Source of the DNA: Agrobacterium sp. 719_389
GTDB lineage: Bacteria; Bacteroidota; Bacteroidia; UBA8524
Reading direction: 5' to 3'
NCBI GenBank assembly: GCA_943370295.1
Contig: CALRQL020000008.1
Span: 46,865 to 110,864, forward strand
DNA: 64,000 nt
The position numbers and the translations under genes were made by a program. Numbering within the stretch: the first letter of the stretch is position 1; each line of letters starts with the position of its first letter. Shown piece by piece: positions 53,621 to 63,753 of this stretch. The notes beneath the pieces are model-generated. The model was not told the origin of the DNA. It did not search any database and saw nothing but the letters and a program-made list of their open reading frames with translations.

Positions 53621-54394
53621 TTACTTCAAATAATAAAAATGCACATACTTTATAAACTTGCTGTAGGCATTGCCGCAACTGATGATAAAGCCTGTTTTGC
53701 CCTGTAATATGCCCAAACGAATAAAAAACGATTGAAAAAAAGACCATAACGGATTGAATACCAATTTTATAAACGCGACTTTTTTGCCCTTACGTTTAAG
53801 CTCATCGGCACCCAACTTTCCGTAGGTGTTCATTTTTAAAAAGTATTTATCGATGCTTTGAAACGAATAATGGAGTATGTCGCACTTCAATGCAGCAACG
53901 CCGCCGCCTGCCGTTAGCTCCACATCTTCATGCACGGCTGAAGTATTAAAGCGTGCATACTTGCGGTTAAACAATCGTTTCTGTCTGTCGGGGTACCAGC
54001 CGCAGTAGCGTATCCACTCACCCATAAAAAAGGTTTTACGAGGCATGGTATATACCGGTTTTGCAGCCCAGCTATTGTTTAGTTGCTCCCATTTGGTTTC
54101 AACCTCTTTGCGCAGCTCAGTACTAATCTCTTCGTCAGCATCCACCCAAAAAATCACATCGTTTTTGGCTTTCCCCACGCCTAATTGCTTGGTAGCGGCA
54201 TAGCCCTGCCACTCAACTTTAATAAATTTTGTGTTGTGATAGCTTTGGGCTACCTGCGGGGTGCGGTCGGTACTGCCTGAATCTAACACCAATACCTCAT
54301 CGATCCATTGCAGTGATTCAAGGCAACGGGCAATGTTGGTTTCTTCGTTATTGGCCAGTACAACGGCGCTTATCGGCAAAAGGTTTTGTGCCAC
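53621..54394 (-). CDS. GT2 glycosyltransferase (LPS-core type)
   Basis: ISAVVLANNEE, LDSGSTD and WVDADE are present. Confidence 0.75.
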   Translation of the reverse strand: MAQNLLPISAVVLANNEETNIARCLESLQWIDEVLVLDSGSTDRTPQVAQSYHNTKFIKVEWQGYAATKQLGVGKAKNDVIFWVDADEEISTELRKEVETKWEQLNNSWAAKPVYTMPRKTFFMGEWIRYCGWYPDRQKRLFNRKYARFNTSAVHEDVELTAGGGVAALKCDILHYSFQSIDKYFLKMNTYGKLGADELKRKGKKVAFIKLVFNPLWSFFQSFFIRLGILQGKTGFIISCGNAYSKFIKYVHFYYLK

Positions 54395-54525
54395 AGTGCG
54401 GCAAAACTACATATTTTGGCGGGCATTGGCACATCTCCTTAATTTTTACCTTAAACGTATTTTTTAAACTACACCCAAACGTTATTTCTTTGTAAAGTGT
54501 CTATACACAAAACACCTTACGGCCA

Positions 54526-55932
54526 ATGAATAAGATTTTTACATACTTTTTTTGCTTGCTGTTGCTGGCAACTAACCAACTTGCCGCCCAAACCAACGGC
54601 CAGTGCGGAACTCTGCTTACCGATGAGCAAAAAGCATTGCTGCTTGATTATGCACAAAACGGACGTGGGTTTGCCACCAAAAGTGCCGCACAATATTATG
54701 TACCCATCTATTTTCATTTTGTGGGCGATGATGCCGGCAAAGGCTTTTACAACAGCCACCAATTGATGCTTGATTTGTGTGAACTGAACCGCCAATATGC
54801 TGCCGTGGGCTTTTATTACTACCTAGCAGGTATTGAATACATCAGCAACTCTACTTATTTCGACCATGATTATAACGGCGGTTATGACATGATGCGCCAA
54901 AAGAATAAACCCAACGTAGCCAACGTGTACATTGTATTAAACCCTGCGGGCAACTGCGGTTATTTTTCACCCGGACGAAATGGGGTAGCTGTGGGTAAAA
55001 ACTGTATGGGCACAGGCGCTACTACACTTGCGCATGAAATGGGTCATTTTTTCTCTCTTCCCCATCCTTTTGACAATGTTACCGGTGTGCAAGAGTATGT
55101 AAACGGAACTAACTGCGCCGTTGCTGGTGATTTGTTTTGTGATACCCGTGCTGATTTTTTAAATACCCGTTGGAATTGCCCTTATACAGGCAACCAGCTT
55201 GACCCCTTGGGTGATAAATACGATCCTGACGAAACCTTGTTTATGAGTTATGCTTCTGACCATTGTGCTCACCGATTTTCGGACGAGCAGATTGATGCGA
55301 TGAAATACAATATAAACACCAGCCGTATTAATCTTAAAGGTCCTTTGCAGGATACCATGCCTGTGCAACAGACTGCTAAACGTATTTGGCCTCCGGATAA
55401 TGCTGCACAAAAACCCACTGAATCAAAATTTATGTGGAGCAGTGTACCCGGTGCTGATTATTATATTTTGCAGGTGTCTCAAATCTCGGTGTTTCCTAGC
55501 AACCTACCGGTTGATATTATGACAAAAGACACCAGCTATATTGCCACCGGACTTACCAACGGCCGCACATACCGCTGGAGGGTACGCCCTGTATATGCTG
55601 CCCGCACTTGTACTGATTTCACTACTGATGTAGGCGTATTTGTTACCTCACTAACCACGGGCATTGATGCTGCTGAAAATACCGAAATGCTGGTATATCC
55701 AAATCCCGCGGCTAAAAACTCTTTGGTTACTGTAGCATTCCAAACTGAGCAAACAGGAGAAATTAAGGCTTCTATCAGCACTGTGGAAGGTAAAACGATA
55801 AGTTCTTCGTTATTGCAAAAACAAAGTGATTTGCAATACAGCCTTTCGATTGACGGTCTGCCCGCAGGAATTTATTTTGTTGAGCTTACTAATGGCAGTA
55901 ACACTACCCGCCATAAATTGATGGTTGAATAA
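54526..55932 (+). CDS. Secreted M43 (pappalysin/cytophagalysin-like) zinc metalloprotease with T9SS C-terminal sorting domain
   Basis: HEMGHFFSLPH (HExxHxxxxxH), a signal peptide, and a C-terminal ...LVYPNPAAKNSL...GIYFVELTNG...KLMVE CTD are present. Confidence 0.8.
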   Translation: MNKIFTYFFCLLLLATNQLAAQTNGQCGTLLTDEQKALLLDYAQNGRGFATKSAAQYYVPIYFHFVGDDAGKGFYNSHQLMLDLCELNRQYAAVGFYYYLAGIEYISNSTYFDHDYNGGYDMMRQKNKPNVANVYIVLNPAGNCGYFSPGRNGVAVGKNCMGTGATTLAHEMGHFFSLPHPFDNVTGVQEYVNGTNCAVAGDLFCDTRADFLNTRWNCPYTGNQLDPLGDKYDPDETLFMSYASDHCAHRFSDEQIDAMKYNINTSRINLKGPLQDTMPVQQTAKRIWPPDNAAQKPTESKFMWSSVPGADYYILQVSQISVFPSNLPVDIMTKDTSYIATGLTNGRTYRWRVRPVYAARTCTDFTTDVGVFVTSLTTGIDAAENTEMLVYPNPAAKNSLVTVAFQTEQTGEIKASISTVEGKTISSSLLQKQSDLQYSLSIDGLPAGIYFVELTNGSNTTRHKLMVE

Positions 55933-56061
55933 AACGGTACTCTTTAGACGATAAATACACAGAAAAACGCATTTTTATCGTTTACCTTTTGTTGATGACT
56001 TCGTATTAATACCAAAATTGGAACAGATATTGGATTAATCAAGAAACAAACCGACACGACT

Positions 56062-56874
56062 ATGAAAAAGGTAATTGTATTAATGAGTGTTTTTGGGGCT
56101 TTGGCTACTTTGCCGGCCTTTATTGAAAAAGATAAAGTGGAACCGGAATACCGCACCTTTGAGATGCGGAAAATAACCAACAAAGCCTTTACCTACGGAG
56201 AAAAACTAAACTACCGCGTACACTACGGATTTGTGAACGCAGGAGACATTGAGTTGCAGGTGAAACCAACTCCTGTAAATATAAATGGCAGATACGCCTA
56301 CCACATCGACGGCTTCGGCAAGTCTCGCTCAGGTTTCGACTGGATGTTTAAAGTACGCGACCGCTTTGAAACGTATATTGATACCCAAGCCATACTTCCT
56401 CTTCAGTTTGTTAAAAACCAAAAAGAAGGAGGCTATGAGGATACCGACTTTGTAATTTTTGACCATAAACTCAAAAAATACTTTAGCAAAAAAGGAAGCA
56501 AAACCACCCCCATTGATATTCAAGACGTATTATCAGTAGCCTATTATGCCCGTACACTGGATGTAAGAAACTCACCCGTAGGCACTGAGTTTATCTTAAA
56601 CGTGTATTTGGATAATGAAATTTACCCCTTAAAATTCAGGATTGACGGCCGCGAGGTATTAAGTACTGATGTAGGAAAAATAAACTCCATCCGTATTATC
56701 CCCGAGGTAATTAATGGTCGTGTGTTTAAAGATAAAAACGCAATGAAAGTTTGGGTAAGTGATGATGAAAACAAACTACCCTTGCGCATACAGGCCGACA
56801 TTTTAGTAGGCTCTATAAAAGCAGATATTACCGGCCACTCAGGATTGAAAAACGAACTAAACGTTAAGAAATAA
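56062..56874 (+). CDS. DUF3108-like secreted protein
   Basis: A signal peptide is present. The GEKLNYRVHYGFVNAGDIEL pattern resembles DUF3108. Confidence 0.5.
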   Translation: MKKVIVLMSVFGALATLPAFIEKDKVEPEYRTFEMRKITNKAFTYGEKLNYRVHYGFVNAGDIELQVKPTPVNINGRYAYHIDGFGKSRSGFDWMFKVRDRFETYIDTQAILPLQFVKNQKEGGYEDTDFVIFDHKLKKYFSKKGSKTTPIDIQDVLSVAYYARTLDVRNSPVGTEFILNVYLDNEIYPLKFRIDGREVLSTDVGKINSIRIIPEVINGRVFKDKNAMKVWVSDDENKLPLRIQADILVGSIKADITGHSGLKNELNVKK

Positions 56875-56893
56875 CAATTACAATTACCTTTGA

Positions 56894-56928
56894 CCCCGCT
56901 TGCCCTTTTGGTGCAGCGGGGTTTTTTA
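56894..56928 (+). terminator. Rho-independent terminator
   Basis: CCCCGCT...AGCGGGG is followed by TTTTTTATTTT. Confidence 0.8.
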
Positions 56929-56940
56929 TTTTAGTTTGTT

Positions 56941-57597
56941 TTGGATTTTTTTAGCACTCAAAATATCGCATTTACTTGGCTGGGGTATCACATGAGTTAT
57001 GCCGAGCTGATTGCAACTGTATTCGGTATTGCAGCTACCATACTTTCAGCCATGCGGATTACCTATACATGGTTGGTAAATATGGTAGCAGTGGTAATGT
57101 TTGCCTTTATATCCTACCAGCTAAAAATATACAGCGATTTAATTTTGCAGGCCTATTACTTCAGTATGGGGGTATTGGGTTGGCTGTGGTGGAATAAAAA
57201 AGCCAGCAACAATTTTGTACACGTGGCGTATTGGTCGCCGGGTTTAAATGTTTATTTGCTAACCGTTGCCGGGATATTAGTAGCCGCTGCTATAATAGGT
57301 TATTGCACATCTAACTTCCATATTTGGATGCCACAGTGGTTTCCGCAACAGGCTTCCTTACCCTATTTAAGCTCGTTAGTGCTAATAATGAGTTTGGTGG
57401 GCACCTATTTGATGGGACGTCGGTACATCGAAAACTGGTGGCTATGGGCAGTTAGCAATCTTATCTCAGCAGGGATATACCTTTCGCAAGACAGTCTGTT
57501 TATTTTTATCACCTATCTCATTTTTTGGGTTATCGGCTTAAGCGGTTGGTATAACTGGCAAAAAGAATACGACACCGCAAAAAACATCAATTCATAG
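56941..57597 (+). CDS. pnuC: Nicotinamide riboside transporter PnuC
   Basis: The N-terminus MDFFSTQNI parallels E. coli PnuC MDFFSVQNI. About 7 TM segments and the W..WN motifs are present. TTG start. Confidence 0.8.
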   Translation: MDFFSTQNIAFTWLGYHMSYAELIATVFGIAATILSAMRITYTWLVNMVAVVMFAFISYQLKIYSDLILQAYYFSMGVLGWLWWNKKASNNFVHVAYWSPGLNVYLLTVAGILVAAAIIGYCTSNFHIWMPQWFPQQASLPYLSSLVLIMSLVGTYLMGRRYIENWWLWAVSNLISAGIYLSQDSLFIFITYLIFWVIGLSGWYNWQKEYDTAKNINS

Positions 57598-57599
57598 CC

Positions 57600-57895
57600 T
57601 CCCGAAAAAAACCCATCGGGAATAAATCCCGATGCTGTTAACAGAAAATTGAGTCCTCTATCCATAGCAGCAGGACTATGTACCTGTCGCAGACCCCTAC
57701 CCGAAATATCCTTAGCCCGACGTTCCCAAAGTCGGCTCCCCCTTTTAAATGCTGCCTGCAAAGCAAATAGTCGGGATGAGGTGAACAGCCTTGCGCGTAC
57801 CATCCCCCTTTAACTCTCCCCCGAAACTTCCTAAGCCCGACGTTCAAATACTCGCCCCTCTCTAAATTTAGAGAGGGGAAAGTTGGGTAATTGTG
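57600..57895 (+). repeat. Mosaic repeat locus E (core with variant middle hairpin, two T modules)
   Basis: The core lies at 57614-57690, with its middle arm replaced by the palindrome CTGTTAACAG. T modules lie at 57693-57745 and 57817-57880, the latter ending in the CCCCTCTCT-AAATTT-AGAGAGGGG hairpin. Confidence 0.85.
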
Positions 57896-57931
57896 GCTTT
57901 TCAATACTTTAGAGTGAGTTAAAAACACCCA

Positions 57932-58837
57932 TCACATATTAAACCGTATTCCCAAGCCGGTGCCGGTGTATTGTTGGGTAAAATCAAGTCCCCGCCCGTT
58001 AAATGTGCCCCATTTAATAAAAAAGTTAAAGCTGCGGGCATTGTCCTTGGGACGTAACCACAAACCCGCTTCACACATCAGGTATTTAAAGGGTTCTTTG
58101 TTTCTATTACTTTTATACAGGCTGTTTTTACCTACAAAATTGTTATAAATAGCTTCATAAAACCCTTGTGCGTAAACCCAAACCCCGTCCTCTTCAGCAA
58201 CCCTAAAACGTATGCCGCACTCAAGCGCAAAAGCCCATGTTTGCTGACGGACGGCATTGTACAGCAATGGCTCGGTAAAGTAGCGCAACTGCGCACGGTT
58301 ATAAAAAATCAAACCCTCGTTTAGCGTAGTATATTCATCACGAGCCTCCAATCCGTAATATTCAAACGACCGTGCCGAACCGTTATCAAATGCAGTATCG
58401 GGTTGTTTGAGGCAATACGCAGAAAAGGATTCAAAATCAGTAGCATGCTGGCTTTCGTGGTGGGCACTAATACCTAACCGAAGACTATGACGGGTGCTTT
58501 TAAGCATAGGTAGGAAATACACATCGAGGCCGAAATTACCCCGCCACAACTGCCACGACATAAACTGTTGCTGTGCCACATCGTGAAGCTCTATATACCC
58601 CGAAGTGGCTGCACAGGCATCACCCCAGGGCGTTTTATAGCTAACTAAAGGCACGTTGCCGCCCAGCATATTGTACCAGCGACTGTCAAAAAGGCTCATG
58701 CGAAGGGTGGGAAAATCAGGACTGATACTAAAATCAGCCTTTGAGGGTACGGGCAGTAATTGCATGCGCGCAGTGTCTTTTTGTGCAGCAGCAGCTATTG
58801 CCCCCAGCAATGCTGCAGTTAGTAAAATTGGTTTCAT
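57932..58837 (-). CDS. Hypothetical outer-membrane (beta-barrel-like) protein
   Basis: A signal peptide, aromatic-rich alternating segments, and a C-terminal ...GLGIRFNM are present. Confidence 0.5.
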   Translation of the reverse strand: MKPILLTAALLGAIAAAAQKDTARMQLLPVPSKADFSISPDFPTLRMSLFDSRWYNMLGGNVPLVSYKTPWGDACAATSGYIELHDVAQQQFMSWQLWRGNFGLDVYFLPMLKSTRHSLRLGISAHHESQHATDFESFSAYCLKQPDTAFDNGSARSFEYYGLEARDEYTTLNEGLIFYNRAQLRYFTEPLLYNAVRQQTWAFALECGIRFRVAEEDGVWVYAQGFYEAIYNNFVGKNSLYKSNRNKEPFKYLMCEAGLWLRPKDNARSFNFFIKWGTFNGRGLDFTQQYTGTGLGIRFNM

Positions 58838-59039
58838 AGCGTTGGTTTATAACACTATACAAACCAAATAAGTGTAACCCCTAATAATTTTTGTTACAGT
58901 TAAAATTATTCGGATTACTGCTTCCCTTGTTCGTTATTACTTTGGGAGGTTAGTTAACTAAACAAACTCCGACTTTCCATATTGAATAAATACGCTCTTA
59001 CCGACTTAGGAAGAAACACACACACTTTGACAAACTGCT

Positions 59040-59483
59040 TTACGATGCCCTATACGCATCTAACAATATCTCTTTTAGCGGATTACCGCCATCAATAAAC
59101 AAACGTCCTTGGGGAACAAGGGCATTAATGATTTTTTGTAACGCCTGTTTTTCAATTTCGGGGTGTCTCCCGTCCAGCGCGCCTACTCTTACAGCAACGG
59201 CAACATCAAACGGCTTTTCACTGCTGTCAAGTTCAAACGATTCGATGGCCGCTTGTTTGAAATGCAACTTCCCTGTTTTCATTTCTTCTGTTGAGCTTGA
59301 AACAGCCTGCTCAATGGCCTTTGCTGAACGATCAATCCCAAGCACATAACCGTTTTTTATCCGTTTGGATAATTCACGCGCCATTGCTCCGGGGCCGCAG
59401 CCAATTTCCAATATTCTAATTCCTTCTTTCAATGGCAAAGTATCTACAGCTTCTGCAAGTCGTTTCGATAACTTATTGCTCAT
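59040..59483 (-). CDS. Small class I SAM-dependent methyltransferase
   Basis: ILEIGCGPGAMA is motif I. Confidence 0.7.
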   Translation of the reverse strand: MSNKLSKRLAEAVDTLPLKEGIRILEIGCGPGAMARELSKRIKNGYVLGIDRSAKAIEQAVSSSTEEMKTGKLHFKQAAIESFELDSSEKPFDVAVAVRVGALDGRHPEIEKQALQKIINALVPQGRLFIDGGNPLKEILLDAYRAS

Positions 59484-59500
59484 ACTGGTTCTACGTTAAA

Positions 59501-60283
59501 CTATTTTGTTAACGCACAAAAATCAACAAACTGTTTAAGGGTTGCTACACTTTTTAAAGGCTCTTCCAGTTGGCCCATGTGTCCGCTTTTTTCAAACAAG
59601 GTAAACTGGCAACGTTCAATCAAAGAGGCTTGGTAGCTGGATATCTCGGCAGGAATTAAAGCATCTTCGGCACCGGCAATCACCAACACGGGAATATTGG
59701 CATTTTGCAGCACATCCAGCCGTTCGCGGCGCAAGCGCATAGCTAACAAAGCGTTTATTATTCCTTGTGGGCTACACTCTTTAGCAATGGCAAGGCTTTG
59801 CATCAGCAATTCATCGTGTGGTTGACTTTTAGCAAACAACCCCGGAATTAGTACCTCCACAAAAGGCACCACCCCCTGATTAGTAACAAAATCAGCTTGT
59901 TTCAGGCGGTTTTGTTTCTTCTCGTCGGTATCAGCATATGCGGTTGAGTGAAACAAGCCAAAACCGCTTAGTAACTCTGGATGACGTTCGGTCAGTGCAA
60001 GTGTCACATAACCGCCCAATGAGTGGCCGATAACAATACTTTTTTCAAGCCCTTCAGCACGTAATGTATGGGCAAGGCGGTCAGCCATGTCCTCAATGGT
60101 TTCAGGGTTTGCGTTTTCTGCCAAGGGTGTTTGTCCAAAGCCCGGTAAATCCACACAAACCACTTCGCAAAAAGTGGCTAATTGCGGGGCAATGGCTTCC
60201 CAAATACGGGTATCTTCGCAAAAACCGTGAACTAACACCAACGGTTGTCCGCTTCCCCTGCGGGTACTGAAAATTTTTTCCAT
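59501..60283 (-). CDS. Alpha/beta hydrolase
   Basis: LVLVHGF, GHSLGG and the C-terminal GHMGQLE are present. Starts at the ATG at 60283. Confidence 0.8.
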   Translation of the reverse strand: MEKIFSTRRGSGQPLVLVHGFCEDTRIWEAIAPQLATFCEVVCVDLPGFGQTPLAENANPETIEDMADRLAHTLRAEGLEKSIVIGHSLGGYVTLALTERHPELLSGFGLFHSTAYADTDEKKQNRLKQADFVTNQGVVPFVEVLIPGLFAKSQPHDELLMQSLAIAKECSPQGIINALLAMRLRRERLDVLQNANIPVLVIAGAEDALIPAEISSYQASLIERCQFTLFEKSGHMGQLEEPLKSVATLKQFVDFCALTK

Positions 60284-60414
60284 GCACAAGTTTACGGGTT
60301 TTTACGGTTTCAGCTTTTGTAAAACAGTAACTATTGATTCTTATTTAGTAGGCCATGTAAGCTACAGGGCTATTGTTTTTATGATGATTTTTTTGTATAT
60401 TAAAAGAGTAGAAT

Positions 60415-61062
60415 ATGACGATGAATTTAATTACAGAAAACTATCCTGCCTATCAAAACAACATTCCGCAAACCGGGCAGCACATCTTGGCCCAACAAAC
60501 CAACAACATGGTGGTGGTTTATCAGGCATTTAATCCCCTTATTGCAAACTATTCTATACAAAATCAACAGTTTGGCGGAGGGGCATATAGCCTTAACCGT
60601 ATGAGCTGGATTAAACCCAATTTTTTATGGATGATGTATCGTTGCGGCTGGGCGCAAAAAGAAAACCAGCAATACGTTCTGGCTATTTGGATTAAGCAAA
60701 CCGACTTTGACTACATTCTTTCAAAGGCAGCATATTCCTCATACAAACAAGGGATATATACAAGTCATGAAGAATGGAAACAGCACCTTGCAACAACTGA
60801 AGTGCGCTTGCAATGGGATCCTGACCATGACCCTTACGGAAAGTCACTGGAACGCCGAGCTATACAGTTGGGCATGAAGGGAACAATATTAAAGGCTTTT
60901 TGTACCGAGATGATTGTGAAGATTGAAGACATTACCCCTTTTGTGAAAGAACAATATGGGTTTGTTGCTAACCGCGATGCGGAAAAATTAACCGTGGCTT
61001 ACGAAAGAGTGTACGTGTCCAATGATGAAAAGCTGACAAGTTTTTTAGGGTTGGACAGATAG
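60415..61062 (+). CDS. DUF4291-like protein
   Basis: RMSWIKPNFLWMMYRCGWA is a DUF4291-type motif as I recall it. Confidence 0.5.
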   Translation: MTMNLITENYPAYQNNIPQTGQHILAQQTNNMVVVYQAFNPLIANYSIQNQQFGGGAYSLNRMSWIKPNFLWMMYRCGWAQKENQQYVLAIWIKQTDFDYILSKAAYSSYKQGIYTSHEEWKQHLATTEVRLQWDPDHDPYGKSLERRAIQLGMKGTILKAFCTEMIVKIEDITPFVKEQYGFVANRDAEKLTVAYERVYVSNDEKLTSFLGLDR

Positions 61063-61084
61063 TACCCTTCCTTACTATTTGTTT

Positions 61085-61315
61085 TGCAGGCAGCATTTAA
61101 CTTTTCCTTCCCCTTGAGGGGAAGGCGACTTTGGGAACGTCGAACTTAGGATATTTCGGGTAGGGGTTTTTTCTCGGCAGGTATACAGACCTGTCGCTAT
61201 AGATAGAGTGCCCAACTTTCTATCAATAGCATCTGGATTTATTCCCGATGGTTTAATCAAAGCTACCTCAACCGCTCCTTTTCCTATGCGTAATGCATAG
61301 AAAGAAGGGACACTA
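61085..61315 (-). repeat. Mosaic repeat locus F (T module, core; inverted orientation)
   Basis: T lies at 61105-61166 and core at 61175-61251. TTTGCAGGCAGCATTTAA (61083-61100) is the reverse complement of the 57745-57762 segment in locus E. Confidence 0.85.
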
Positions 61316-61472
61316 ACCTAAAGAGTACTTTGAACGTGTGGCTATTTCTAACGAATCAATCCCGTTGAGGTAATGCAAAAAATTTTATCTTTATGCCCAC
61401 CCAATGCGGTTGCGGCGGGCATCATGATCATTGATTTATTTATGATTTTTGACTTGTTGATTTGGAGATTTT

Positions 61473-62303
61473 ATGTTGACTGTAAAAGAGGCTTTTGAAG
61501 ATTATAAAAATGTAGTTTTTGATACAACTACTATTGGCTTAAGTTTTTGGAGCCGCTTTTTAGACTATTCTATTGAATTATATTTTGATAAACACCCTGA
61601 AAAGAAGAATGGTTGGTTAAGAAAAAGTGTTTTTTCTGTATTTGATATTAATCCAAATATTAGGAATGGGTACTCAAAACAACACGATATTATACATGAG
61701 ATTTTAGCTAATGAATTAGGAAATCACAAAGTAGAATTATTCGAATGGATGATGAATTTATCGCTATTAAAAATCTATAATGCATTAGAGATATTGTTGT
61801 TACGGTCAATACAGCTCAAATATTTCCCTGCCTTGAAAGACCCGTTATTGGGCAGGAAAGAAATGAATGAGATTGGAAGAGAGATAAAAAATTATTTAAA
61901 AATTAAGTCAGTTAATGCAGATACGAATAATAATAGGTATCTTATAAAATATATTGAACTTAATTCAAATGATTTTATTAATTTTATCAAGTTTCCTGTA
62001 AGAATCGACAAAAAAACAAACTGGGAAGATTTTTTTGAAATGGTATCGATTCTTAGAAATGTCGTTGCGCACAACAATATGCTTGTTACAAATAATACTT
62101 TAAATGAGATAAAATCTTGCGGTAAAGATATTTTCGAACAATATTTTGATTTGAGAAAGACAGTTTCTGGCTCGATTATTTTGTCACCTAAGCAAGATTT
62201 GGGTACTTTTTCAAACTTTATTAATTTGTTTAATGAGTTTGGGTTAAATGCGGTAAAATTCATTTTTGAAGAAAATGACCTTCAATTTTTGGGTCTTGAT
62301 TAA
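61473..62303 (+). CDS. HEPN-motif (RNxxAH) Abi-like protein in an AT-rich islet
   Basis: LRNVVAHNNML contains the Rx4H HEPN motif, positioned as in the Abi_2/AbiD-AbiF family. The 276-aa protein has visibly AT-rich codon usage compared with its neighbours. Confidence 0.45.
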   Translation: MLTVKEAFEDYKNVVFDTTTIGLSFWSRFLDYSIELYFDKHPEKKNGWLRKSVFSVFDINPNIRNGYSKQHDIIHEILANELGNHKVELFEWMMNLSLLKIYNALEILLLRSIQLKYFPALKDPLLGRKEMNEIGREIKNYLKIKSVNADTNNNRYLIKYIELNSNDFINFIKFPVRIDKKTNWEDFFEMVSILRNVVAHNNMLVTNNTLNEIKSCGKDIFEQYFDLRKTVSGSIILSPKQDLGTFSNFINLFNEFGLNAVKFIFEENDLQFLGLD

Positions 62304-62430
62304 TGTACCAAACGGATTGCTTCGTTGACCTAAGAAGGCCTCCTCTCAATGAACGAACGCCGAGCAGGCTTAACAATAACCTATAAACTCCCCACAATTG
62401 CCGTAAAACCAAGTCTTTAGTAACAAGCAG

Positions 62431-62461
62431 TTGAACATTACCCCATTTTGCGCTATTTTTG
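62431..62461 (+). promoter_or_regulatory. Candidate Bacteroidota promoter of serS (-33 TTG, -7 TAnnTTTG)
   Basis: TTG at 62431-62433 is followed after a 20-nt spacer by TATTTTTG at 62454-62461, which is 17 nt upstream of the ATG at 62479. Confidence 0.35.
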
Positions 62462-62478
62462 AGGGCATATAGATTTTT

Positions 62479-63750
62479 ATGTTACAGCTTAGCTATTTAC
62501 GAGAGAACACAAACGAAGCCATAGAAAGGCTTAGTAAGAAAATTGCCAACGCAAAAGAAGGCGTAGAGGCTGTTTTGTTGGTTGACGACAAACGCCGCGC
62601 AGCACAAAAAGAGCTTGACGATGTTTTGGCAGTCTCCAACAAATTGGCTAAGGAAATTGGCGACCTGTACAAAAGCGGTCAGCGTGAAAAGGCCGACGAG
62701 CTAAAACAACAAACCGTCGTGCAAAAGGAGAAAGAAAAAACCCTTTTGGGGCAGCTTGAGAAATTGGAAGCCGAGTTGAAAGATGCTTTGGTGATATTGC
62801 CCAACGCTCCCAGCCCGATGGTGCCTGTGGGTCGCACGCCCGAAGATAACGAGGTAGTAAAAACATGGGGAACGATGCCCGCTTTGCAAGATGGAGCGAA
62901 ACCCCACTGGGAACTTACCACCCAATACGATTTGATTGATTTTGAAACCGGTGCTAAAATTACCGGTGCAGGCTTCCCTGTATACCGCGGCAAAGGAGCA
63001 AGGTTGCAACGTGCCCTTATTAACTTCTTTTTGGATGAAGGCTTAAAAGCCGGATATTTCGAAATTCAGCCACCGATTTTTATTAACGAGGACAGCGGTT
63101 TCGGTACGGGTCAGTTACCCGATAAAGAAGGACAGATGTACCATATGCAGTTGGATAACTTGTACGCTATTCCAACGGCAGAAGTGCCCATTACCAACTT
63201 GTACCGTGATGTGATTGTGCGCGAGGATGAACTACCCATTAAAAACATGGGCTATACGCCTTGCTTCCGTCGCGAGGCAGGCAGTTATGGCAAAGACGTT
63301 CGCGGCTTGAACCGTTTACACCAGTTTGACAAAGTGGAGATTGTGCAGGTAACCACTCCCGAAAAATCGTACGAAACGTTGGAGCAAATGAGCGAATACG
63401 TTCAAAGCCTGTTGCAAAAGCTTGAGTTGCACTACCGCGTATTGCGCTTGTGCGGTGGTGATATGAGCTTTGCCAGTGCCCTTACGTATGATATGGAGGT
63501 GTACAGTGCAGCCCAGCAACGTTGGTTAGAGGTGAGCTCGGTATCAAACTTTGAGACCTTCCAAGCCAACCGTTTGAAGTTGCGTTATAAAAACAGCGAG
63601 GGTAAAAATATTATCGCTCATACACTAAACGGCAGTGCGCTGGCGTTACCCCGTATTGTAGCTGCATTACTCGAAAACAACCAAACCCCTGACGGAATTG
63701 TGTTGCCCAAAGTATTGCACCCCTACACGGGCTTTGAAATCATAAAATAA
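62479..63750 (+). CDS. serS: Seryl-tRNA synthetase
   Basis: An N-terminal coiled-coil arm and class II motifs (FRREAGS, GSALALPR) are present in a 423-aa protein. Confidence 0.95.
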   Translation: MLQLSYLRENTNEAIERLSKKIANAKEGVEAVLLVDDKRRAAQKELDDVLAVSNKLAKEIGDLYKSGQREKADELKQQTVVQKEKEKTLLGQLEKLEAELKDALVILPNAPSPMVPVGRTPEDNEVVKTWGTMPALQDGAKPHWELTTQYDLIDFETGAKITGAGFPVYRGKGARLQRALINFFLDEGLKAGYFEIQPPIFINEDSGFGTGQLPDKEGQMYHMQLDNLYAIPTAEVPITNLYRDVIVREDELPIKNMGYTPCFRREAGSYGKDVRGLNRLHQFDKVEIVQVTTPEKSYETLEQMSEYVQSLLQKLELHYRVLRLCGGDMSFASALTYDMEVYSAAQQRWLEVSSVSNFETFQANRLKLRYKNSEGKNIIAHTLNGSALALPRIVAALLENNQTPDGIVLPKVLHPYTGFEIIK

Positions 63751-63753
63751 ACG

